NCBI RefSeq assembly: GCF_021869535.1
Contig: NW_026262712.1
Coordinates: forward strand, 33,046,001 to 33,110,000
Direction of reading: 5' to 3'
Length of the DNA stretch: 64,000 nt
Origin: Mytilus californianus
Lineage: Eukaryota
Each line of letters begins with the position of its first letter. The stretch's first letter is position 1. The translations under genes were made by a program, and so were the position numbers. The notes under the pieces are model-generated. The model was not told the DNA's origin and ran no database searches. It saw only the letters and a list, made by a program, of their open reading frames with translations. Of this stretch, positions 25,241 to 40,200 are shown one piece after another.

Positions 25241-26166
25241 TTAGTTAACTACTGACTAGACAAAATATTGATTGTTTCAAGGGGTCAATACAACTAAAAT
25301 TCAAAGTACAAACAAATTAATAGCCAAAGAAAAAGCAGACTGAAAAACAACAGTACATGAAACACTACACATCATGCACATAAAACTAACGAATGAGCAA
25401 TTCGAACCTCAGTTACTGTTGAAGGATACGCAGATTCAACTCCAACTGTCGTATTTCTCTTTACAACTAGAAAACGGTTGAAAGGTCGCACTCTTATGAT
25501 TCTATAGACAGCAAACGGTCTGGGATTGTGTCTAGAAGTGAGAAATATCTGTGGTACTCTGTGTCACACGTCGCATTGATCACATTAAATCCGATACGGT
25601 AACAGTTTAATGATAAGGCTTCGAATCAAAGCAGTTTGGTGAACCATTCTTGTATAACTCCTTAAAAGTTTGAAATTCAAAGGTGTGGGCGTTTCTGATA
25701 AAGGTAAATGCAAGTCAAGAAAAGCTTTTCGGATAAATGAGATTTATTCAGTTTTATGTTCAATTTAAAAAATTATCGAATACCAATACTATCTGTTAAC
25801 TAATAGTGATGTCATCAGAGTTAAATATATTCGTCTCTTAAAGATTTTACTACGTTGACGTATGATTAAAATAATCATTTTCCTTCCATGCAACTGAACT
25901 GTTTTTCAAAGAGTTAAATTACTACTAAGTAGAAGTGTTTGGTTATATACAAGCATTCCATTTAGTTTTGATATGGTGATATTCTTTTGATGCAATTTTC
26001 TTGAAACAAAATATAGCCAACTTTACGTAGTTATCTTCAGTACAATGAAATATAGCTTTTGTAAATTTCGTGCGTCCGAAAATATGTTTTGGATTTCCCT
26101 TTATCATGAACAGTCAAACATACAAACTTGAACATGTTGAAAGCCAGTGATTAACAAATACTTTAA

Positions 26167-26556
26167 GGATGTTCGCTACTCATGTTTTTGACTTTTTGTC
26201 AGATATTCGGAATCCTCTAGTTTTATCCATGTAGTGCCATTAAAAATGTTTGCCCACTAACCCCGTCTTTTCTTTTCATAATTTGATTAAATATAGTTTA
26301 AAATGCCATCTGTGAAAATCTTATCAAATCCTTGTTATTTTTTCATATTTTTTGACGGAAAAAAGGTGCCAATGTTAAATGTATGAAAAATCTAGAGAGA
26401 ATCATTTCCCGCTAAATTTTCAATGGCTTATATCTCGAAAGCAAGCTCACGGACCCTTCATTTTTTTCGGCTTTTATAGTTCCTTTGTTTATATACTTTC
26501 AATTTATAACAGTCTTTTTAAAAGCTTGTTATTTTGAAACAGAGTAGCGAACATCC
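26167..26556. mobile_element. MITE with 15-bp perfect TIRs and TTAA target duplication (Kolobok-like termini)
   Basis: TTAA(26163-26166)-GGATGTTCGCTACTC ... GAGTAGCGAACATCC-TTAA(26557-26560). Confidence 0.88.
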
Positions 26557-29500
26557 TTAACAAATACTTAAATACGTATAAAGCATTATAAGTCATGCAT
26601 AATGCACGAGAAAGGATAACAAGATGAGAAAAAATCTCATTGGTGCATCTGATTCCGGTAATGTAATCTACGATGGTATCTTGTATTTTTAAAAACATTT
26701 AAACGCGAGAAAGTCTATATTTGAACCCCCATCCCCAAAACCCAACATAGACTCTCCCTCTGCTGTTGACTGGTAAAGAAAAACACATACATGTGAACGG
26801 AAGGTCTGCTATTTTCGGAAACCCTATAACACCTTATGATTTTAACTGACCACAAACTGTTTCACTACATCAAATTCAATGATTGAAAGTTCTACATTTC
26901 ATATGTTCTCCATCAATTGTTATTAATATTTTGTATAAATATAGTCCTCTTTCAAAGTAAAACAAGTATATTGTCTGTTTGACTATGTTATAAATAATGA
27001 TAAATCAACATTTTATAACGTTAGCTCAATGTTGCAGCAAACCACCACTGCACCTCAGAAGGGGGTAAAAACTAGATACCAACATTGAAGATGGTCGCTG
27101 CTGAAATTCAAATAAACATCAATTTCATGAATTTTAATGTTCCTCATTTATTTTGTATGCATCAAATTATAGCAAAACAAAAATAGGTCGATCTGCTTTT
27201 TTTTAGATGATAAGCATTAAAACAGAGAATTTTGGGCGGTAAAAAACAGATTAAAGACATAGTGTGGTGAATTATAAATCAATTGAAAATAAACAATTTG
27301 GCTGATCTTTTGATATAGTAAGACATATTTATCTTGCACTTTGTAAATACAGCTGTTTCACAAACCACGCCTCTTTTGGTGAGATATATAATATTCATGG
27401 ATATTTTGTTTTGTTTACCTACTGGTTCCCAGATATTATCTCTATATTCCCCTAGGGAGGGATAGTACATAATTTTAGTATAAATCTTAACTCTTAGAAG
27501 TTCGGGGCATATAAATAATGAAAATATGCCGCACAGCCCTATATTTTGACCTTTGAAAAAAATAGTAATGCATATGAGCTTTCCATTCTAGAATACAATT
27601 TTTTACGAAACTTCCTAGTAAAAGTAGTACAGTTTAAGCCGTAAAAGGAGTTCCTATGGAAAATTACATTCATTGTCTATATTTACAGAATTGCAACCTT
27701 TATATAATAATCAGCGCAATTTCAGTAAATTTTTTTTGTGCACTTGTTGTACTTACATAATCATTCCGAAAGATCAAAGGGCAACTTTATATTGTTACAA
27801 TTATTAAAAGGAAAAAACAGATATTATCTACATTTGATCTCTGATGACAGTTATTTTGATTGCTTAACTATTTTACACACGAAAAAAAGGTGATGTGTGT
27901 GTGGCGTGGTCTTTAATATAATTAATAGTATGCTGTTACAAAGTAATGAGCATTTTTATAATAACGATAACATACATTTATGTAACCTTCTGGATTTAAT
28001 AGATGGTTTAGCGACGTAAAAAAGGCAACGTAAAAGATTCAAGTATAAAAGAAGGTGTCTTTAATGCGGCAAAAATGAAAACCTTTCCGTAGAAAAAGTA
28101 TTTAAATCTTCGGTTTTAATTTCTAAGTAGTTGTAATTCTAACTTTGTTATACATCACAATAGCAAGGTGCATAGCTCAACTTCATATTAAAAATAAATA
28201 ACTCAAATTTGAAAAACCTGCATTTTCTTCAGTTTTTCACTACTTTGTTGAAGCAAGGCATCATTGTAAGCCACAATTTTACTTTTTCTGTAAGTAATTT
28301 ACAGATGAATCTAATTAAAAACTAGAAAAAACACCTGTAGATATGCTATTTTGAAGGTGTAACTTATTATTTTCAGTGAAAACAAAATCATTGATAAATT
28401 ACCTTAGCAGAAACAAACACTTACTTTTTTAATAAATTGTCAATTCAGAAAAAAAACCAAATATGTTACCAAAACTGCTGATGAGAAGCTAATCAACATC
28501 AATTTTATAAATTTTGTCGTTTTCCATTTATTTTGATTGCAATTAATTTTGCAAAATAAAAGACAGGTCAATATGCCTTGTTTGACATGCAAACCTTTCA
28601 AAAAGAAGACATTTTATAAGATTACATTGCAAGAGTAAAACCAGATTAGAGACATAACTTATTTTGTGATGCATTATAATTCACTTTGAAAGCAACATAT
28701 TGAATGATCCTTTGATAAAGAAAGACATATTTACATTATACTCAGTGCACTTTCAGTCAATCTTTGCACATGTACGAGAAGTATTATTCCAACAAATCAA
28801 AGGAGCAACCTCATATTGTTACAATTATTAAAATGAAATAATTTAGAAAGAGGTAATAATCTAAATGTATCTTTGAGGAAAGTTATTTTGATTGCTTTAA
28901 TATCTTATCCACGATAAAATCAGATGATGTGTGTGTGGGTATTGGAATAATTCACTTTATAGTATTCTGTTTCAAACTACTGAGCACTTTTACAATAACG
29001 ATTAAATACTTTTTTACAAACAGATGTATTCTAAATTTAGCTTTAAAGAAAGTTGTTTTGATTGCTTTAACATTTTTTCCACGATAAAACAGATGATGTG
29101 TGTTTGGCTTGAGAATAATACGCTTTATTTTATTCTTTAACAAACCACTGAGTAGTTTAACAATAACGATTCAATACTTTTTATACATTTATGTGGTCTT
29201 CTGGCATGTCTAAGTTTGAAATATGTATAAACGACATTTACAAGGCAGCATAAAAAGGTTCAGATGTAAAAGAAGGTGTCTTTAATGCATGCAAAAATAG
29301 ATCTTTCCATAGAGGAGGTATTACAATTGTAGGTTTAAATTAGTTGTAAATGAAGCTTCGTGATAAATTGCAATATTTAGGTTTAAAACTAAATGTCAAA
29401 TTAACAATAAATAACTCAAATCTTGGACACTTAACGATTTCTTAATTTTATTAATAAGTAGTTGATGCAAGGATTGATTAAAAGCCAGAATTTTAATTTC

Positions 29501-29976
29501 CATTAGTTATGTACAGATAACTATCATTAAAGACCAGGAAACAACCTGTAAATTTGTCATAATGTTTGTGAACGTGCAACTTATGAATTTCAGCGAAAAT
29601 AAATGCTTTGATAAGTAATCATTGCAGCAACAAACACTTAACTTTTTTTCTTCAAATTATCAAGTCCATAAATACAAATATCTTTCCAAATCTCATCAAG
29701 TTGAAAAGTCAATGCAACATGTACATTTAACAGAAAGCCAAAAAAATCGTGCAAGTAATGAATTAATGCTTTAAGTTAAAACAAGAATAGTAACCAATTA
29801 ATCTGCGAATTGTTTTGCTAATTGTTGAAAACCTTAATCACCCACGAGTTTTTGCTTACATGTTATAATTTGTAGGTTACTCAATTATAAATGTAACTGC
29901 CCTAAGCTGAGTTTTGACCTTTTCATTCGTTTATGCTACTCAAGTACTAACTCTTATTTGCGGTCTCTGATTTATA

Positions 29977-30146
29977 GGGTTTAACCCACCACTTTCTTCG
30001 AAAAATGCTTGTACCAACTCAGGAATATGGCAGTCTTTTTTTTCACTTGTTCCATAGAGTGATAGCGTTTAATTTGGCTGTTTTTATGGACTTCCCCTTT
30101 TTGAGTTAACCTTGGAGTTTAATTCTTTTGATAAACCTATTTTATT
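29977..30146 (+). mobile_element. Family B-like repeat beginning at about the twister cleavage site
   Basis: Starts GGTTT^AACCCACC...GCTTGTACCAACTCAGGAATATGGCAG; flanks align to the uninterrupted paralogous site at ~12390-12420. Confidence 0.65.
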
Positions 30147-32907
30147 TAAGATAATATACAAATCCGCTAGGAGATTTGCGAAAAACCGTCAGTTTAACTT
30201 ATGATTAACATACATACCGAATCTTTTGTAAATCAAGAAATCGTCAACTGAAATAAGATTTTTATTGACTGCTAGTTCATTCAGTTGCGTATATGGTAAT
30301 CTTTGTGGTACATTTTTGTATTTTTTTTTAATTAATCTAGTTATCTCTTTTTATTTCGTCATATTGTTGTTGTTTTAGTCGCGGTGTGCTTTTGATATCC
30401 CCTTTGTATCGTTCCCCTCATTTTACAGACTCATGCTGAAAAGACAATAAAAGTTTATTTGCTATTATTTGATTCAATATTTGAATTTGGAAATGTATTT
30501 TACTTGATATCAATGCAAGGATTAAGTTTTAAGTTCAAATGAACCACATGGCAATTAAACAAAACAAACCGATAATATAGACTTAATATACAACATCATG
30601 GACAAACTTACTTTAAATTCCACGTTGATAGATTACGATATTATTAAGGAATTTTCCAATACCTTTAAGCAAAATTGATTTTAGATTAATTTGGCTGTTC
30701 TTTTTTGTCATTTATTGCCTTATGTTTCTACAAATGAACACGTCCCTGACTATCAAACGTTTAAGGTTGAGCGTTCCTGGACCTACAAAAGCGTTTCTCA
30801 CATGCACGAAACTAATAAAATGTTATTTTCCTATGCAGAAGTAAACATTATATTATAACGACAACAGGATTTGAGTATTTTAGGATCTATAAAGACATTA
30901 AATATATTTTTTAAGTAAAATCATGTTTTGAATAAATACTTTACAATAGGTTATCAACCTTCAATACAATTTTTTATCGTCATGATATATAACTAAAATA
31001 TTGTGTTCTGTAAAAGAGGCGCTGCAAGGTTTTTTGGTAACAATTCCGAGTAACATCTTTTGATGTTACACTTAATTTGATGTTTACGAATAAACTATAT
31101 ACTTTGTTCTTGTAGTTAGGCTAATAATTCGTAACCACAGCTGGTATCGGAGTTCGGAGAAATGAGGTTATTTAAATACACCGACTTCGTTGTACAAAGT
31201 GTAAAACTGGTGTAGCCTTAAGGAAACAATACTCGTATCGGTGTTTTGATAAGTTCATACGTTCTTTATAATGGCGTCAACATAAACAGAAGATGTGATA
31301 TGATTACCAATGAGACAAATCTCCATAAGAGACCACATGATACAGAAATTAACAACTATAGGTTACGTTACGGCCGTCAACAAGTCTGCAGAATATAATT
31401 CATGAGAGTAATGAGTCCAAAACAAATTATATCTAAATTAGGCTCAGAAACATACTTCATGAAGATGGCGACGAAATTTTGTAGTGTATTGTATATAGGT
31501 AAAATCTGAAAAGAAATGTTTTTCCTTTTTTTAGTTCCAATTTCGAAATTTATCCAAACGTATCGACGAACTCGAAGTTGTTTTAAACATACTCAAACCA
31601 CAAGTTCAATCCAATATTGCAGTTGCTATATAATCATAAAACAAAAAGCAGTTGCATAATTTATCTGTATGTTGTTTCACAGGAAAATGACGATAATAAA
31701 ATTCCTTCTCCTTAGAATGTAAAACAATGTACCAATTGATAGCTCATAATCTTCTGGATCCCAACATGTTTGTTCGTGAGGTTCTTTTATCAAATTGAAT
31801 GAAATCTATGCAAAAAAAACGTAATTTTTTTTTTTTTTTTTTTTTTTTTTCTTGCTTTACATTGTATGATTTGATAGGCAAAGTTTTCTGGTTCTTTGAA
31901 TATATAGCTGTAGTGTACTGAAAATTTTACCCTATGATAGCATATAGATGTAAGAAGATGTGGTATGGGTGCCAATGAGACAACTCTCCATCCAAGTATG
32001 TCCTACTCAATTACTAATTATTTTAGGAAAAACGGTACTTTTATCTGCCCTTTACTTTATTATCTTTTAAATGTGACACTGTCATAATAAAACGGTGACG
32101 ATATAAGGGACCAACGCCGAAAAGTTTCCCAGTTATGTCCACTTACCACATTTCTGAAACCTTCATCAACCGTAATTATTTTAGTCAGAGCTTTTCCATA
32201 AAGGCTATCGGCTTTGATTTCTAAAAACAATTAAACGATTTACTCAACTGTTCAGGGGTCCAATGGTGAAGTCAACACGAGGTCATCGATTTATGTCCAC
32301 TTACTACTATACTCTCTTAAGAATGTAAATAGCTCCTACATGTCTTGCTACCGAACCACTTTTTTTGGATTCATCATCATCAGGAATTTATTGGAAAATT
32401 TTTAAGTCAGCCATATATTCATTGAACCTTCGATCGGGATTGTCTCCCTATCAGACTGATCATCAGTGTCCTCGGTATCAAATTAAATTAACTGCAATTC
32501 GGCACTGAAGACAAACAAAAACGAATTCAAAACGCTTAACCGCGATATTGTTGTAGAAATATTGTATTGTATTGACATGTTTTTCATTATAATACTGGGA
32601 AGATTAGAATTTAGAAGTGTATTCTTTAGTACTTAACTAACAGATTGTAGTTTTTTTTTTAACTGATGACGTCGTCTCCATCTTAGACTTAGGTTATTCA
32701 ACTTCTGTGCATACCAGTTGTCACCTGTGTAAAATCACTTTCCATGTGACTGGTAAATACTTTGATATAGATATTTGAGAATTTCATATTTCATCTGTTC
32801 TTTTTGTTTTATTGTGAAATATTTTCGAAAAGTAAATATTAAGTTGCACTTTCCGAAAAAGGATGATGTTAATTCATATAGGGTTAAAACATTTGGAAAT
32901 ATTTTTG

Positions 32908-35900
32908 CCCTCTTTTTATTAAAAATATTGTCTCGCAAAAAAATGTCAGTAATTTTTATACCTCAGGCTGACTCATATAACAAAATTATTTTAACGCATC
33001 AACCAAAACTGACCATGATATTTTCACTTTATTATATAGATCTATATAGCCGCATAGTAAATCAGCAATATTTTTATGTCAGGATGGATTGTATAATACA
33101 AATGACAGCAACTTGCAATACAACATGTACAATGACAACAAAAAATTGTCCCCATCAATCTAGATTGCCAGCATGTCCTCTTTTTAATCAAAATATTGTC
33201 TCGCAACAAAATTTCAGTAGTTTTGATACCTCAGGTTGACTCGTATAACAAAATTATTTAAACGAATCAACCAAACCTGACCATATTTGCACTTTATTAT
33301 GTAAATGCATATAGCCGCATAGTAAATCAACAATATTTTGATGTCAGGATGGATTGTATTATACAAATGACAGCAACATTGCAATACAATGACAACAAAA
33401 ATTTGTTCCCATCAATATAGATTACCAGCATGTCCTCTTTTTATTCAAAATATTGTCTCGCATGAAAATTTTAGTAGTTTTGATACCTCAGGCTGACTCG
33501 TATAACAAAATTATTTTAAAGCATCAGCCAAAACTGACCATATTTGCACTTTATTATGTAGATCTATACAGCCGTATAGTAAATCAGCTATATTTTGATG
33601 TCAGGATGGATTGTATAATACAAATGACAGCAACATTGCAACACAATGACAACAACAATTATCCCAATCAATCTAGATTGCCAGCATGTCCTCTTTTTAT
33701 TCAAAATATTGTATCGCAACAATATTTTAGTAATTTTGATACCTAAGGCTGACTAGTATAACAAATTTATTTAAACGCATCAACAAAAACTGACCATATT
33801 TGCACTTAATTATGTTTATCTATATAGCCACATAGTAAATCAGCAATATTTTTATGTCAGGATGGATTGTATAATACAAATGACAGCAACATTGCAACAC
33901 AATGATAACAAAAAATATCCCCATCCATTTAGATTGCCAGCATGTCCTCTTTTTATTCCAAATATTGTCTCGCAACAAAATTTCAGTAGTTTTGATACCT
34001 CAGGTTGACTCGTATAAGAAAATTATTCAAACGAATCAACCAAACCTGACCATATTTGCACTTTATTATGTAAATGCATATAGCCGCATAGTAAATCAAC
34101 AATATTTTGATGTCAGGATGGATTGTATTATACAAATGACAGCAACATTGCAATACAATGACAACAAAAATTTGTTCCCATCAATATAGATAGCCAGCAT
34201 GTCCTCTTTTTATTCAAAATATTGTCTCGCATGAAAATTTTAGTAATTTTGATACCTCAGGCTGACTCGTATAACAAAATTATTTTAAAGCATCAGCCAA
34301 AACTGACCATATTTGCACTTTATTATGTATATCTATATGCCACATAGTAAATCAGCTATATCTTATTATCAGAATGGACTGTAAAATAGAAATGACAGCA
34401 ACATTGCAACACAATGACAACAAAAAATTGTCCCCATCAATCTAAATTGCCAGCATGTCCTCTTTTTATTCAAAATATTGTCTCACAACAAAATTTCAGT
34501 AATTTTTATACCTCAGGTTGACTAGAATGACAAAATAATCTAAACGCATCAACAAAAACTGTCCATTTTTGCACTTTATTATGTATATCTATATAGCCAC
34601 ATAGTAAATCAGCAATATCTTGATGTCAGGATGGATTGTATAACACAAATGACAGCAACAGTACAATACAATGACAACAACAATTTGTCCTGATCAATAT
34701 AGATAGCCAGCATGTCCTCTTTTATTCAAAATATTGTCTTGCAAGAAAAATTTCAGTAGTTTTGATACCTCAGGCTGACTCTTATAACAAAATTATTTTA
34801 AAGCATCAACCAAAGTTATATAATACAAAAAACAGCAACATTGCAATACAATGACAACAAAAATTTGTTCCCATCAATCTAGATAGCCAGCATGTCCTCT
34901 TTTTATTCAAAATATTGTCTCGCAACAAAATTTCAGCAATTTTTATACCTCAGGTTGACTAGTATAACAAAATAATTTAAACGCATCAACAAAAACTGAC
35001 CATTTTTGCACTTTATTATGTATATCTATATAGCCACATAGTAAATCAGCAATATCTTGATGTAAGGATGGATTGTATAACACAAATGACAGCAACAGTG
35101 CAATACAATGACAACAAAAATTTGTTCCCATCAATCTAGATAGCCAGCATGTCCTCTTTTATTCAAAATATTGTCTTGCAAGAAAATTTCAGTAGTTTTG
35201 ATACCTCAGGCTGACTCTTATAACAAAATTATTTTAAAACATCAACCAAAACTGACCATACAAGTATTTGCACTTTATTATGTAAATCTATATAGCCGCA
35301 TAGTAAATCAGCAATATTTTGATGTCAGGATGGATTGTATAATACAAATGACAGCAACATTGCAACACAATGACAACAACAATTATCCCAATCAATCTAG
35401 ATTGCCAGCATGTGCTCTTTTTATTCAAAATATTGTCTCGCAACACAATTTTAGTAATTTTGATACCTAAAGCTGACTAGTATAACAAATTTATTTAAAC
35501 GCATCAACAAAAACTGACCATATTAGCACTTTATTATGTTTATCTATATAGCCACATAGTAAATCAGCAATATTTTTATGTCAGGATGCATTGTATAATA
35601 CAAATGACAGCAACATTGCAACACAATGACAACAAAAAATATCCCCATCCATTTAGATTGCCAGCATGTTCTCTTTTTATTCCAAATATTGTCTCGCAAC
35701 AAAATTTCAGAAATTTTGATACCTAAGGCTGACTAGTATAACAAAATTATTTAAACGCATCAACAAAAACTGACCATATTTGCACTTTATTATGTATATG
35801 TATATAGCCACATAGTAAATCAGCAATATTTTGATGTCAGGATGGATTGTATAATACAAATGACAGCAACATTGCAATACAATGATAACAAAAATTTGTT

Positions 35901-36185
35901 CCCATCAATATAGATAGCCAGCATGTCCTCTTTTTATTGAAAATATTGTCTCGCAACAAAATTTCAGTAGTTTTGATACCTCAGACTGACTCATATAACA
36001 AAATTATTTAAACAAATCAACCAAAACTGACCATATTTGCACTTTATTATGTAAATCTATATAGCTGCATAGTAAATCAGCAATATTTTGATGTCAGGAT
36101 GGATTGTATAATACAAATGACAGCAACATTGCAATACAATGATAACAAAATCTTGTCCGCTTTAATTTAGAGTGCCAGCATTTCA
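32908..36185. repeat. Satellite-like tandem array, ~256-257 bp monomer, ~12.7 copies
   Basis: The AAATATTGT anchor recurs at ~32922, 33190, 33447, 33703, 33959, 34216, 34472, 34728, 34909 (deleted monomer), 35165, 35427, 35683 and 35940. Confidence 0.97.
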
Positions 36186-37119
36186 TCTCTGTATTCGTAA
36201 TATAAAACTGTCACTAAAGTCAGTATCAGTATTTGTATTTCCCACTTCCATGACTTCTGAATATGGATGGGTACATCACAGATTCCTGTTGGGCTATTGT
36301 GTGATGGGTTGGTCTGCGCATAAATTAGTGTGCTTGCTGAGGTGTGATGATTTAAATTCAGTAGTTCAGGATGGTTTGTATAATAAAACTATCCACCTCA
36401 TCATCCAACACTGTGACTGACATGACAGATTTCATTTGTACTTTATAATGAAAAGTATGAGAAGTTCTCTTCTAGGAAAAGTATACTGTTAGTATATTAT
36501 GTCGGTTGGTTTATTTTGTTGGCGGCTAAATATCAAGTGGCAAATATTTCATTCCCGTTCACATAAGTATATTTTTTCGGACGTTCAAGATATCATTTAT
36601 AATCCGTAAAGACCAATCTAACGAAATTGACGAGATTGTTCATAATTATACAACACCTTATGTGCAATAACACTGTTCAATTTTCCTTTGAACATTTTTT
36701 GGAAAACAGAATCGTAAATCCAAGGCAAACAAAGGTGAATGACGATGAAATATTTATAAAGAGCCTGTCAAAAATGGGGAACGAAGCAACTTTAAAAATG
36801 ATGTTGATAACCCATGATATAAAAATACTGTTCCGATGCGTGGATAACCTTTCTATCCGCCTTCTAGTTTAAATAAAATACTTACTTTTATGATAACTGC
36901 ATGTGATCACAAGTGTGTAATTTTAAAGCCATTGTTTAATGTAAATCAGAATATGAAAAAAAAAGATGTTGTAATATGTGTATAATATATATAACATAGA
37001 GTCTAACGAGTAAAGTAATTTGCTTAACTGGGAAAAAAGAACAACCGGATTATTATTATTGTTCATGTTTACAATTCGAAAAATTAAAATAAAATGAACT
37101 TCGGTTTCAACCAATGAAA

Positions 37120-37280
37120 TGTCGTACACCATTCATTCACACCATTCCCGATCGCACGTTACACAATCACACCATTCCTCATACACCATTACACCAGTCC
37201 CCTTACACCATACACCATAGCACCATACACCTTCTACCATTGCACCATATGCCATACACCATTACACCATACACGTTATT
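37120..37280. repeat. Low-complexity (CACCAT-like) degenerate simple repeat
   Basis: Repeated ACACCAT/ACCATAC units; source of the His/Thr/Pro-rich ORF at 37114. Confidence 0.8.
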
Positions 37281-40200
37281 TTGGGAAGTTTACACCATCC
37301 AAGGGCTGTACCGACGGTTTATTAAACAAAGGGTCAACCATTTTCGTAATAATGGCCAAAATAATCATAATTTATATCATATTTAGTTTTGAAAGCAATT
37401 ATCAAAGTTCGGAACATAGATTATCTGTAATGCTTGACGGTTCATTTACTTTGCATAACAATCTATGTATTTATTCTTATAATTCTAGCTCAAAACATCT
37501 AACTTTTCGAAAATACCACTGCATTTAAAATCTACATGATCAAGGATTGTGGCTAGACAAAGACATGATTACACAAATAGATAAAGAAAAATGAAACTCT
37601 GGAAAAATCTACGATATCTTTAAAATTGTTATTTGATTTATAAGGACCTGTCAGCATGGTTGGATTTGATTTCATGATCAAATATAGTCTATATCAATTT
37701 AAAATGTGATCTAAAGATTCAAAATCAGCTAAAATAGAAACAAATTTGCAGTGTTCGAAATTTACATCTTTTTATGTTTTACTCTGACTTTCTTCAAAGG
37801 TACACCCTATTTTTTTTTTAGAAAACATGTTAGTTGTCTTGTCGTTTTACACACACGTGTACACCTTATCAATTGACCAACGAAATAGACGAGTTATTTT
37901 CATCAACAAAACAACAGGTATGAATAGTTGTATTTGCCAGGTCTTACTTTTTCCCAAAATTTTCTTAGTACAGAGAATTTTTACAATACTAAAATAGAGT
38001 ATACTTTAGAAATTTAAGAAATTTTACATAGCATGCATAATTTCGAATGTAAACAGGTTTTTTTGGGGTTTTTTTCAGCTCAGTAACGTCCCTATTTGTC
38101 AGTCAAATGTAAGATATATCGGCCTTAACCAAGAAACATTTTGTCGATTTAGGATATTTGTGCATAATAAGGTTTAAATGCATAAATAAAACTTTAGGAA
38201 GTTTGGGTTTGCAAGTAAAATATTTGTAAGGTAAGATGTTTGTCTTTTCGTAAGTTTACGTCAGTAGGATACTTGATAATAAAGATGACTTTGATATGTA
38301 AGGTACTTTTTTCAGAAAAAAGATTTCTAGAATTAAAACTTAAATAATTTAAATTATCTTTAGATTAAAACAAGGTCTTTGAAACGTGCAAGAACTAAGT
38401 CATAGATTAATTTGGCATGTCAGTTTCATATTATTCGTAATACAATTTAACGATGCTGAGTTTTGTTATCGGGGGAGCCACTTCAATACTTAATTGATAG
38501 GGATGCCGCTAGGGTTCTGTTAGCTCATGCTTTTCATATAATTTAGATTTAAAAAATGTATACCTTTTCATATATTGCGTAAGTACAAATGTAACCTTTA
38601 CCTATATTGGTTGGGTTTCGTGTGTGGTGTGTTTGAAAAGTTGAATATCAAAGTGTCAAAAGAAGGGAAATTTGTGGATAAAAACACAGCGATAACACCA
38701 AGAAAGTTACAGGGCTTTTCATATAACAAGCAATGAAAACTTTATTGACCTTGTCATATATTTCTTATAGTTTTATCCACCTGTTCACATATTTTCAAGC
38801 TTGGAAATGTGACCTATTCTAGCGGCACTTCCTATCACGTTGTAAATCTTCTGCTTTAATTCCTTCTTTCTCAAAGAAGACAAAACAGTTGAACACAAGT
38901 TTATTACTGGATTTACGAAGAATAATTACATTCAAATTCGTATTTAAAAGATACAATTTGATTTTATAACAAATGAGTTATTTCAACATCAGAAATGGCA
39001 TAATTTCCAATTTCAAATCACTACATAGACGGATCGTTTATTTTTTTTTTTTATGGAAAGTATTGCCTTATTTATTCACTTCAATGCATTATATTTATAA
39101 TTGTTGTTTGCTTCTTCCAAAACAAAACATCATTAAAACTTGATTTTTACCAAACGCACCATTAAACGCGCTATGCGTCTGTGACTTTAAATGAAATGAT
39201 AATAAAGAAAAACGGCATGAATCACTACAAGAGCAGCCCGACAGGTGTCACATTTTGTGCGGGATCTGCTTACTCTTCCGGGGCACTTGGAATGACCACC
39301 TCCATTTGGTAGGGTTAGTGTTGATAAGTATTTAGTTTTCCATGCCGTCTTCTGTATACTTTTGTTAGTCAAAGCAATTGACCACCATCATTTTTTTAGA
39401 TATCAACTCATTGCGTCAATATGGACAAACTTACTTAATAAAAATCCACGTTGATATATGAATTGGGAAACTATAAAGAAACTTAAGATCTAAATTATCT
39501 AGGCAAAGTTTAATTTTGATGAATATGGCTATCATCATGATAAATGCAAAACATTGCCTCGGACGAAAACAAATTTATAAAGTGTTTTTTTTTTTTTTTA
39601 ATTTAAGAAATTACCAAAGCAATATGAACCTTATATTATATCCACTACAGAACTTGATTTGAGGATTGTAAAAGACATTTTACTTATTTTCAAAGGACAA
39701 TAACATTTAAAAACAATACTTAACAATAAGGATATCAACCTTTCGGCACTACAATAAAACTTATCATCGTCATGAGAGATAACTGAAAATACTGTGTTCT
39801 GTAAAAGAAGTGCTGCAAGGGTTTTTTTCTGATATCATATTCCCAGTTACATCTTTTGATGTTAAACTTAATTTGATGTTTGTGAATACATTTTGTATTT
39901 TGTTCTTGCATTGAAAATAATAATATGTAACTACACCTGTTACCAGAGTTATTAATGATGAGGTTTTTAAATAGACTGACTTCGCTGTAAAAAGAAAAAA
40001 TAATAACGTTACGTAACTTTGACAGCTCAAAATGACTAATATCGGTGTTCTGATAGCTTCAAAGATAATTATTGATAAAAAAAAAATAAAAGCAATAGTT
40101 GAATTCAATTCAGAAAATAAAGCTATTGACTTTGATTTCTCCGATGATAAACTGATAAAATTAAATTAATTTTTTTGTGATTCTCGTTTTTTTTTTCACT

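Noticed and set aside
32775-35470. Repeated ORFs (154, 97, 95, 99 aa) as a protein family
   Set aside because: They are translations of the satellite monomer; frames open and close at random, start codons are mostly non-ATG and there is no domain signature.
36172-36440. Slightly GC-richer coding-like segment next to the satellite
   Set aside because: Stops in all minus frames within short distances; the plus ORF starts at GTG and has no recognisable motif.
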